Positions 37,802 to 45,739 of a stretch of 64,000 bases of DNA are shown here, in pieces (position 1 is the first letter of the stretch; each line of letters begins with the position of its first letter). The stretch lies in NCBI GenBank assembly GCA_041690295.1, contig JAWLHR010000014.1, positions 1 through 64,000 on the forward strand, written 5' to 3'. The DNA comes from Bdellovibrionales bacterium. Its GTDB lineage: Bacteria; Bdellovibrionota; Bdellovibrionia; Bdellovibrionales; UBA1609. The position numbers and the translations under genes were made by a program. The notes under the pieces were generated by a model. The model saw nothing but the letters and a program-made list of their open reading frames with translations. It did not search any database and was not told the origin of the DNA.

Positions 37802-40122
37802 GAACCCAAACGCGCTCGGAATCCGGGAAACGTTTGCGTGCCTACCAAAAGAAGCGCGATTTCTCCAAGACCACCGAGCCCAAAGGTTCCAAAAGCGTGA
37901 ATGTCTCCGGCTGGCCCCATCCCTGGTACGTGGTGCAAGAGCATCACGCCCGGCGCCTGCATTATGATTTCCGTTTGGAACTCGACGGCGTTCTCAAAAG
38001 TTGGGCCGTGCCCAAAGGGCCTTCGCTGAATCCCAAAGACAAACGCCTGGCCATTGAAGTCGAGGACCATCCGTTGGATTACGCCATGTTTGAAGGCACG
38101 ATCCCCGAAGGCGAATATGGCGCGGGCGAGGTCTACCAATGGGATCGCGGCCAGTGGTTTCCACCGCCCGATGTTCACGAACAACTAAAAAAAGGACGCC
38201 TGGAGTTCACCTTGAAAGGCAAAAGACTGAGCGGCCGATGGCTGCTTGTGCGCACCAAGAGTGGTGAAAAGAAAAATCAATGGCTCCTGATTCGAAGGGA
38301 AAATAAAAAAAAATCATCCGAAACGCTCAAATTCATCCCGCCCCAGCTCGCACGCCTCGTTGAAACGCCGCCCGAAGGGAAGGATTGGATTCATGAAATC
38401 AAATTCGACGGGTATCGCATTCAAGCCCACATCCAAAGCGGAACCGTGCGCCTTTGGAGCCGAAACGGCAACGACTGGACGGAAAACTTTTCCGCCATCG
38501 CCAAAGCCATGCAATTCCCCGAAGACGTCACCGCCATTCTCGACGGTGAGGTCGTTTGGCAGGGACCCGATGGAAAAATCGATTTCCAAGCCCTGCAAAA
38601 TTCCCTCGAAGCCAAGGACAGCGATCATTTGCTTTATTATGTTTTTGATCTCCTTTATCTGAACCGCGAGGACTACCGCCTGCGCCCGCTCAAAGATAGA
38701 AAGGCGGAGCTGGAAAAGCTGATTCGAAAGATCAATCACAAACGCATCCGCTTCAGCGAAAGCTTCAAAGTTTCGGGCAAGGATTTTTACCGCGCGGCCT
38801 GCGCGCAAGGGCTTGAGGGCATTGTCAGTAAACGATTAAACGCTCTCTATGCCTCGGGACGAAACGACAATTGGGTCAAGGTCAAATGTAAATTGGAACA
38901 GGAGTTCGTCATCGGCGGTTACACCGAACCGCGCGGTTCACGGATTGGGTTCGGCGCGCTTTTGCTCGGAGTTTATGAACATGGCCGATTGCGATACGCG
39001 GGCCGAGTCGGAACGGGATTCAATACTCAGCTGATTAAAGATATCAAAAAGAAGCTGGAGAAAATCGAAACCAAGAAATCTCCTTTTGCCATCGACGCTC
39101 CCAAAGAACGCGGCGTGCATTGGGTCAAACCGGAGCTGGTTGCGGAAGTGGCCTTTTCCGAATGGACTTCGGATCAACGGCTTCGCGCGCCGGTTTTTCG
39201 CGGATTGCGATCCGATAAACCGCCCGAGCAGATCGTGCGGGAGCGCCCGCAGGCGAAAAAGCAATCGCTCAGTAATCCTGATAAGATCTATTTCAAAAAA
39301 GAAAAGATCACCAAAGAACAAGTCGCCGATTATTACCGCAAAGTCGCGCGCTGGATTTTACCCCATGTGATGGATCGCCCACTGGCGCTCGTGCGTTGCC
39401 CGGATGGAACGTCGGCGAGGAAATGTTTTTTTCAAAAACATAAAATGAAAGGCATGCCCGAATCGATCGGCACTTTCGATCTCAAAGAAAAGGACGAAAT
39501 CAAACAGGCCCTGACCATTCATCATGAAGAAGGGCTGGTAGGGCTTGTGCAATGGGGCACGATTGAAATCCACACCTGGAATTGTCGTTATCAGCAGATC
39601 GAGCGCCCCGATCAAATCGTCATGGATTTCGATCCCGGCCCGGGAGTTTCGTGGAATGAGGTTCTGGAAGCCGCCTTCGAAATGAAATCCATTTTGGATC
39701 GATTGAAGCTTAAGTGTTTCACCAAACTCAGTGGCGGAAAAGGTATTCACGTCCATATTCCCTTTCAACCTCTTTACACTTGGGATCAGGTGAAATCGTT
39801 CGCACGGGCGCTCGCGGAAGAAGTCGAAGAACGCCGGCCCGATCGATACGTCACCAATATGAGCAAGCGTCTTCGTGAAAAACGCATTTTCGTGGACTAC
39901 TTACGAAACGGTCGGGGGGCCACAGCCATTGCTCCCTATTGTCTGAGAGCTCGGGACGTGACGTCCGTCGCCATGCCACTCACCTGGAAACAATTGCGTC
40001 AAACCCGCGCGGCCGATGAATTTAACATGGCAAGGGCTTTGGATTGGCTCAAGCGGCGGCGGTCCGATCCCTGGAAAGACTACTTCGTCTCCCCGCCCGA
40101 ATTGCCTTTTCTTAGCGTTTAG
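37798..40122 (+). CDS. ligD: NHEJ DNA ligase D (phosphoesterase-ligase-polymerase)
   Basis: HYDFRLE/SWAVPKGP (PE), EIKFDGYR/EGIVSK (LIG), FFQKH/DFDP/KGIHV (POL). Confidence 0.96.
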   Translation: MRTQTRSESGKRLRAYQKKRDFSKTTEPKGSKSVNVSGWPHPWYVVQEHHARRLHYDFRLELDGVLKSWAVPKGPSLNPKDKRLAIEVEDHPLDYAMFEGTIPEGEYGAGEVYQWDRGQWFPPPDVHEQLKKGRLEFTLKGKRLSGRWLLVRTKSGEKKNQWLLIRRENKKKSSETLKFIPPQLARLVETPPEGKDWIHEIKFDGYRIQAHIQSGTVRLWSRNGNDWTENFSAIAKAMQFPEDVTAILDGEVVWQGPDGKIDFQALQNSLEAKDSDHLLYYVFDLLYLNREDYRLRPLKDRKAELEKLIRKINHKRIRFSESFKVSGKDFYRAACAQGLEGIVSKRLNALYASGRNDNWVKVKCKLEQEFVIGGYTEPRGSRIGFGALLLGVYEHGRLRYAGRVGTGFNTQLIKDIKKKLEKIETKKSPFAIDAPKERGVHWVKPELVAEVAFSEWTSDQRLRAPVFRGLRSDKPPEQIVRERPQAKKQSLSNPDKIYFKKEKITKEQVADYYRKVARWILPHVMDRPLALVRCPDGTSARKCFFQKHKMKGMPESIGTFDLKEKDEIKQALTIHHEEGLVGLVQWGTIEIHTWNCRYQQIERPDQIVMDFDPGPGVSWNEVLEAAFEMKSILDRLKLKCFTKLSGGKGIHVHIPFQPLYTWDQVKSFARALAEEVEERRPDRYVTNMSKRLREKRIFVDYLRNGRGATAIAPYCLRARDVTSVAMPLTWKQLRQTRAADEFNMARALDWLKRRRSDPWKDYFVSPPELPFLSV

Positions 40123-41110
40123 CGCGCGCGAGGGACTCTTGCGAGATTCGCCGAATGTCGGCGCCGGAAAAGTGGGGACTTCGCTCCATTAAATTAATTA
40201 GAGTTTGTTCCAATCGCGCTTGCTCGTCACCCGTGACCTTGAATTCGATCACTGGAGTTCGGGTTCGTACAAGTTTAAGCTCGTCGGGAGATAGCGCGAA
40301 AGATTCGGCATTGTTGGTGTAAGCCAGTTCCACCCACCCCAAACATAAGTAAGGCGAAGAGGGATCATATCCACTTTCTTCGAGCCAACGGTGAACCTTA
40401 TCCCATTCCTGACGCTGTTCGTCCAGGGTTCGAGAGGCGACTTGAAAGCTGAATGCGGGCGACAAATGTCGTTGGGGATGAGCTTCATCACATGGTTGGC
40501 CCGTTAGGTAGGTATCCCGGACTCCTTTACCGGTAATGCAATACCTTAAATGAAGATATCCAGGCCTACGGAATTTAACAAAGTGAGTAAGCTCATTATC
40601 CTCAATCAGGATCTTGCGAACATTGGGGGCTTTGGAAGACGCTTCAATAAAACGATAATCCACAGTGTGAGTCTGAGTCGTCGGAGTCCCAGTTCGAGTT
40701 GCGCCCTTCTGGCCCTCGTAAATGTGAATATCGCGATTGAGTTCATCCCAAGCGGCTCGGATCGCCTCAGCTCGTGTCTTATGACGAAGAAAATACGCCT
40801 CATCGACGATGGTGCGTTCATATACCGTATGCAACGCGTTTAACTCCGTCTGAGAATACTCTTTATCGGGATGAAGGGTGAAATCAAAGGTGCCCGGCTC
40901 GACCGAAGCTAAAAAATTGAAGTTCGAAAAAATCTTCGCTCGAACTTCGTTCGATGACTCTTTCGAAAGCGATTCAAAGATCTGCCTCTCAAGATAAAAT
41001 TCCGGCTTTATATAGTAATACCAAACTAGAGCCGCCCATTTTAACGCCGGCGCATGATCTTGAATCGTAAAGGGGATCCGTAAACTGTCGTAATTCAGAA
41101 CGATTTGCAC
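40112..41110 (-). CDS. Hypothetical protein
   Basis: 332-aa ORF, visibly more AT-rich; TTGAGT-N17-TAGACT 6 nt before GTG. Confidence 0.72.
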   Translation of the reverse strand: MQIVLNYDSLRIPFTIQDHAPALKWAALVWYYYIKPEFYLERQIFESLSKESSNEVRAKIFSNFNFLASVEPGTFDFTLHPDKEYSQTELNALHTVYERTIVDEAYFLRHKTRAEAIRAAWDELNRDIHIYEGQKGATRTGTPTTQTHTVDYRFIEASSKAPNVRKILIEDNELTHFVKFRRPGYLHLRYCITGKGVRDTYLTGQPCDEAHPQRHLSPAFSFQVASRTLDEQRQEWDKVHRWLEESGYDPSSPYLCLGWVELAYTNNAESFALSPDELKLVRTRTPVIEFKVTGDEQARLEQTLINLMERSPHFSGADIRRISQESLARAKR

Positions 41111-41164
41111 GAGAGAAGTCTATCAATTGAGAGGAACCGACTCAAGCTACGGACCGACCTTTTT

Positions 41165-41192
41165 TAAAGTGAATTTCCGGATCGGCCGATGA
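41165..41192 (+). promoter_or_regulatory. Putative sigma-28 promoter
   Basis: TAAAGTGA-N12-GCCGATGA, 6 nt before GTG 41199. Confidence 0.5.
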
Positions 41193-41198
41193 GTTTTT

Positions 41199-41615
41199 GT
41201 GAGACTCCTGATTACTTTTCTCATTTTGATACCGCTCGGCGCCTCGGCTGACGATTTAAGTGAGCATGATTCCAAAGCTCTACAGGACACCAAGAGCTTT
41301 TTAAAAGACCGCAGCAGCCGCGATGCGTTTATTAAAAATGACAAGAAAGCCAAAGACGTGGATGCCAAGGTCGAAGCCTTGGCCGGCTCCGGCCAAACCA
41401 AGGAAGAAATTTACGGACTGGCGGCCGAAGTTTTGGAAAGGATCGTTGCGGAAACCAAAGGGGATCCGCAAAAGATGCAGCAACTGCTGCTCGAAGCCGA
41501 ACAAAACCCTCAACAGTTTTACCAGAAATATATGAATGACCGGCAAAAGGCGAAGGTGCGCGAGATCGCCACCGATATTGAAAAGAGCGGCCGGATCAAT
41601 CAACCGCCGCGCTGA
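41199..41615 (+). CDS. Secreted helical hypothetical protein
   Basis: Signal peptide (ASA-D), 138 aa. Confidence 0.75.
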   Translation: MRLLITFLILIPLGASADDLSEHDSKALQDTKSFLKDRSSRDAFIKNDKKAKDVDAKVEALAGSGQTKEEIYGLAAEVLERIVAETKGDPQKMQQLLLEAEQNPQQFYQKYMNDRQKAKVREIATDIEKSGRINQPPR

Positions 41616-42110
41616 TTACTCGTCACGAACGACCGCAAATTTGAATTTCGTGAATCCCGCGCTGGAGCCCGCGAGAATCACTGGGCTCAAAGCGGCGTAA
41701 TCCAACTGGCGGTCCGCCACGATCACGAGGCCGTCCGAACTGGCCTTCTCCGCTCCACCATTGAGCGCTTTTAAATGATCCGCCAGGGCGGAGATCGCGA
41801 TGCCTTTGTCATCGACAAAGACTTCGCCGGTCTCGCCCTCAATGCGGACCACAACCCCATTTTGGATGAACTGACTCGCTCGAGCCTCGGGCAATCGGAT
41901 TTTATCCCCAACGTTCACATTATCTTGATTCGCCGAGTAATTGATGAGCAAGAAGATCACAAGAATCGAAAAGGCGTCCACCAGCGAAGTGAGCATCAAA
42001 GAGGCGAGCAATGTCCGCCGGTGCTTTTGACCGGTCGGCCGAATGCGCGACTGCCCCGCGATCGCCGACGCCAAGACTGATTTTTTTAATGGACTGGCTT
42101 CCGCTAACAT
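41616..42110 (-). CDS. ExbD/TolR family protein (AglS-like)
   Basis: LTSLVDAFSILVIFLL TM with conserved Asp; IVAD...Y. Confidence 0.88.
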   Translation of the reverse strand: MLAEASPLKKSVLASAIAGQSRIRPTGQKHRRTLLASLMLTSLVDAFSILVIFLLINYSANQDNVNVGDKIRLPEARASQFIQNGVVVRIEGETGEVFVDDKGIAISALADHLKALNGGAEKASSDGLVIVADRQLDYAALSPVILAGSSAGFTKFKFAVVRDE

Positions 42111-42119
42111 AGCCCTTCC

Positions 42120-42590
42120 TTAAAGCGGCGCAATGCCGATTTGTTCCATGGCATTTCCACGAAACTGCGCCATTAATTGAATCAAATCATCATATTTGGA
42201 ATGCGGATTCGGAAGAATGAGCACGGTCTTCACGTCCGCGTTCCGGGCCGCGAAATTTTTAATCCAGCGCTCGGTTTCAGCGAAATCAATTTTTCCCTGA
42301 CGGCCGTTGATGGTCATCAAAGCCGCATTTCCCGAGACACCTTTGACATCTTTGACTTCAAAACGCACTTGTCCGTCGCCGCCCAGAGAAACCATGACCG
42401 AGCCGGTTTTCTTTTCGGTTTTTTCCAGCGGTTCGGTTCCCACCGCCTGGTTCACGTGAAAAGATCCTAAATTGATGAACACGGCGGTTAACAACAAAAA
42501 GCAGATACAGGTCGAAAGAACGTCGATGAATGGCACTAAGTTGAGTTCGAAGTTCATCCGCCGTTTGCGGTTTTTTCCTGTGACGTTCAC
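42120..42590 (-). CDS. ExbD/TolR family protein (AglQ-like)
   Basis: ELNLVPFIDVLSTCICFLL; YDDLIQLM. Confidence 0.88.
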   Translation of the reverse strand: MNVTGKNRKRRMNFELNLVPFIDVLSTCICFLLLTAVFINLGSFHVNQAVGTEPLEKTEKKTGSVMVSLGGDGQVRFEVKDVKGVSGNAALMTINGRQGKIDFAETERWIKNFAARNADVKTVLILPNPHSKYDDLIQLMAQFRGNAMEQIGIAPL

Positions 42591-42605
42591 AAGTGATCTC
42601 CGGTC

Positions 42606-43286
42606 TTACTTCCCGAGCGCCTTACGTGAAGGAACCGAGTCGTAATGAAAACCAAGTAAGTTATAAATTCGCAGAGCGGCCTGAGTCATATCATCGGAAA
42701 GCTTGTTCACGCGGTTCTGAAGGACCGCGTACATGATCAGCGCGGGAATCGCCATGATCAAACCGTAAGCGGTGGCGTGCATGGCCTCGGAAACACCTGA
42801 GGCGAGCATGGCCGCTTTGGTGATCTGATCAACTTCCGCGATCGACGCGAAGGAGCGGATCATACCGATGATCGTTCCCAAGAGTCCAAGCAACGTTCCC
42901 ACGTTTCCAAGCATGGCCAGGAATTCCACGCGGGCTTCAAGTTGGCTTTGCTCACGGACCAAAACTTCGTCCATTTTGGCCTGAACTTCCTCGCGTCCGC
43001 CCATATTCAGCGCGGCCAGCGAACCGGCTTCAACCACAGCGCGAAGGGGTGATTTTCGGCCGAGGTTTCGAGCCTGAAGGAGCACACGATCCAGATTTCC
43101 CTTTTTTATATCTGATTCAAAGAGACTGGCTTGCTGGCGCAAATTGGGTTTGCGCTGAATGTACAGGCGGATAACCCGCTCAGCGATAATGGCCAGTGAG
43201 ACCACCTGAGCGATGAATATCGGAAACATCCAGAATCCGCCGGTGGTAAAAAAATTAGCTATTGATCCGAAAAAGCTCGATTCCAT
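42606..43286 (-). CDS. MotA/TolQ/ExbB proton channel (AglR-like)
   Basis: GTLLGLLGTIIGMI, GVSEAMHATAYGL..AIP. Confidence 0.93.
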   Translation of the reverse strand: MESSFFGSIANFFTTGGFWMFPIFIAQVVSLAIIAERVIRLYIQRKPNLRQQASLFESDIKKGNLDRVLLQARNLGRKSPLRAVVEAGSLAALNMGGREEVQAKMDEVLVREQSQLEARVEFLAMLGNVGTLLGLLGTIIGMIRSFASIAEVDQITKAAMLASGVSEAMHATAYGLIMAIPALIMYAVLQNRVNKLSDDMTQAALRIYNLLGFHYDSVPSRKALGK

Positions 43287-43332
43287 TTCGACTCCTCGTT
43301 GCGGCCCAACCGTGGGCGCCCGCCGGAGTCAT

Positions 43333-43348
43333 CGCAAGTGGCATGCCA
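43333..43348 (-). promoter_or_regulatory. Putative sigma-54 promoter of the tolQ/exbD/exbD operon
   Basis: TGGCAT-GCCAC-TTGCG (GG-N10-GC). Confidence 0.68.
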
Positions 43349-43444
43349 TAGTGAGGTATCGGTTGGTTGGGTTTCAGATTCACAAAGTGACGGTTTACGT
43401 CACTTGTCCGCGAATAAAGTGCATGGTGGGGGCTTTCGCCAACT

Positions 43445-43807
43445 TTACGGGCAAGCGCTGCCGCCGGAGCTGTCCAGTTCGCAAGTGTAAGTGTTGATGT
43501 TCGCGCTTAAACCCACTTTTTCGGTTAAGCGGACTTTCACCTGAATTCGATCCGCCTTGCTGATCTCAAGGCATTCATTACCTTTTTCCAGCGCCCTATC
43601 CTTGCAGGCTTGGCCACCTTTTATGGGTTTTTCTTCAGAGTCGATCAATGACGCGCATTTCTTGACGAGCTTTTTTGATTTAGCGTCCCGCGCGCTGAAC
43701 TGCTCCACTTTGCAGAAGAACTGTCCTTCCGTCACAATCACATTCTGCGCGGAAGCCGTATAAGACATAAATAAAATCGCCCATGCGCTCATGAAATATT
43801 TTATCAT
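43445..43807 (-). CDS. Small secreted Cys-rich hypothetical protein
   Basis: Signal peptide, 6 Cys; ATGA overlap with upstream gene. Confidence 0.72.
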   Translation of the reverse strand: MIKYFMSAWAILFMSYTASAQNVIVTEGQFFCKVEQFSARDAKSKKLVKKCASLIDSEEKPIKGGQACKDRALEKGNECLEISKADRIQVKVRLTEKVGLSANINTYTCELDSSGGSACP

Positions 43808-45270
43808 CGAACTCCTCCTGATTGTGATTCACCGATCGCCGTCACCTCGCTCACACAGTACTTTTCTAAATCTTTGACCTTGGCATCTTTGAAGACCTTC
43901 GCGTCCCAAGCCGCCCCCAGCAATGTCGGAAACTGGATGGGATCATCGGACGCGCCCAAAGATTTCACGAGCTCCATGCACTGTTGAGGAGTCATTTTGG
44001 AATAGGTTGAAAGACTCTGGCGGAAGGTGCCCTTCAGCTGATCACATTTTTGATTGTAAAAGAGTCCGATAAGCGCTGCGAATTGACCCTTCACACTCTT
44101 TTCATCGCATCCCGTGCAACCGAGCCCGGGTGATTCGCCTATTTTCACCAAGTTCACAAAAAACTTACGGTCCTCGCCTTTAATGACTTTACCCGCGCTG
44201 ACGAACGCCAACGTCTCATCATCTATGAACACTGGATAGTAGGAGTCCTCCGTATCCACATCCTGAACGGGAACCATCCTTTTTTTCGCCCGATCAAAAA
44301 GAAAGACTCCCAATTGCGAAGCCCTCGACGGCGTTTTGAATGCGCCATCGGGAAAATTTCCATTCTCGACGTGAAAGGCCAGCAATTTATTGTTCGGACT
44401 GAAATCCATTTTTCCGACCATCGCCGGAATACTATCCTTTTCCACACAACGTCCACGTGTCGCATCGATGGCGTAAATCTTTGTGACTTCCTGGTCCGGC
44501 ACATAAGTCGCGAATTCAGTTCCCGATTTATTCAAAACCGGCAAAGCCCCGGTAAAATTCTTGCCGCAGGCGCTTCGATAATTGGAAGCCCGCACGAATT
44601 TCGCGCCGCCGTCCTTGAATTTAAATACGTAATCTCGATAGCCGATACCGTCAGAACGTTCGATCAGGACCCGGTAAGTCCCCTCGTCCCGGCCGGTCCG
44701 CAGGAGTCCTACGGATTGATAGGTGGCATCGATTTGACTATCGGAAAAAAATTCGACGTACTTGTCATTCGCTCCCTTCACGTAAAAATCCATGGCATTA
44801 ATCCCGTGAAAGGCTCCCATCCGCCTCAAGTCCGCCGGTCGCAAATCCGACCTGAGTCGTTCACCAGCCACCGCTTCTTGCTCAAAAACGGTGTCCCCCC
44901 TGACGCGAAATCGGATGCCCCCCGGCGGCGGATTAAAGGGATCGAGGATCTGGATGGTTCTCGTTCTCGGATCATAGTACTTGTACATTGGAACCGTCAG
45001 GAATCGGCCATCGGGTGAAAGAACGGGATCGATACGGCCAGGTGCCTCAATTAACTTTCCGGTGGCGAGATCTAAAATTCGATTTCCCGCATCCGTGGCG
45101 AATCCCAACTGACGCGTTTTCGGTGATCCGCGCATAAAATAGTTAACATCATCAGGCACGGGATATCGACGCTCAATCTTGGCTTTGATCACATTGCCAC
45201 AGAACTTCAAACTCGGCTCGAATCCGGCAAAAGAACTGATCGAAAATAAGAGCAGTGCGATCACATTCAC
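43804..45270 (-). CDS. Secreted TolB-like beta-propeller protein
   Basis: Signal peptide; PVLSPDGR, FSPNNKLLAF, YPVF blade motifs; Cys-containing C-terminal domain. Confidence 0.7.
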   Translation of the reverse strand: MNVIALLLFSISSFAGFEPSLKFCGNVIKAKIERRYPVPDDVNYFMRGSPKTRQLGFATDAGNRILDLATGKLIEAPGRIDPVLSPDGRFLTVPMYKYYDPRTRTIQILDPFNPPPGGIRFRVRGDTVFEQEAVAGERLRSDLRPADLRRMGAFHGINAMDFYVKGANDKYVEFFSDSQIDATYQSVGLLRTGRDEGTYRVLIERSDGIGYRDYVFKFKDGGAKFVRASNYRSACGKNFTGALPVLNKSGTEFATYVPDQEVTKIYAIDATRGRCVEKDSIPAMVGKMDFSPNNKLLAFHVENGNFPDGAFKTPSRASQLGVFLFDRAKKRMVPVQDVDTEDSYYPVFIDDETLAFVSAGKVIKGEDRKFFVNLVKIGESPGLGCTGCDEKSVKGQFAALIGLFYNQKCDQLKGTFRQSLSTYSKMTPQQCMELVKSLGASDDPIQFPTLLGAAWDAKVFKDAKVKDLEKYCVSEVTAIGESQSGGVR

Positions 45271-45707
45271 TCGAGATACCTCTTCGCCAAACGCTCAAGT
45301 TGAGCGGTCGTCTTGTATCCCGGAACGATCGGCGCCAGTTGGCCTCCCGATCGACTGAAGATATATGTGGGATAATGAATGCGGACACCTTTTTTCAAAA
45401 GTGTTTCCGATTTCACCTGGCGGCCGTAGGTTTCCGGCCAACCGTTTCGTTCAATAATTTGCTTAGCGAGTTTAGGATCGCAGTCGGGATCCAGTAACAC
45501 GATGAGATCCGTGTTACTGGGGAAAGGCGCGAACTTAAGTTCTTCCAGTCCCCGTTGGGAAAGAACCATATGCGGTGACCAGGTGTAAAAAACGATGTTC
45601 CGGTTTTTGGCCTTCGCCGTTTGCATGGCCCGCGCGAAATCGTTTTCACTGAAGGCGAAGACCGGCGCGGAGATCAATAGCAGTATGGCGAGACAATGCC
45701 TCTTCAT
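45267..45707 (-). CDS. Secreted thioredoxin-like protein lacking CxxC
   Basis: Signal peptide; IVFYTWSPHM in place of WCxxC; HYPT cis-Pro loop; PGY. Confidence 0.6.
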   Translation of the reverse strand: MKRHCLAILLLISAPVFAFSENDFARAMQTAKAKNRNIVFYTWSPHMVLSQRGLEELKFAPFPSNTDLIVLLDPDCDPKLAKQIIERNGWPETYGRQVKSETLLKKGVRIHYPTYIFSRSGGQLAPIVPGYKTTAQLERLAKRYLE

Positions 45708-45739
45708 ATAAAAATGATCGATGGTTCAAGGTTTGTCCG

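Noticed and set aside
32960..41110. Genomic island integrated at tRNA-Arg
   Set aside because: No integrase and no duplicated tRNA 3' end seen
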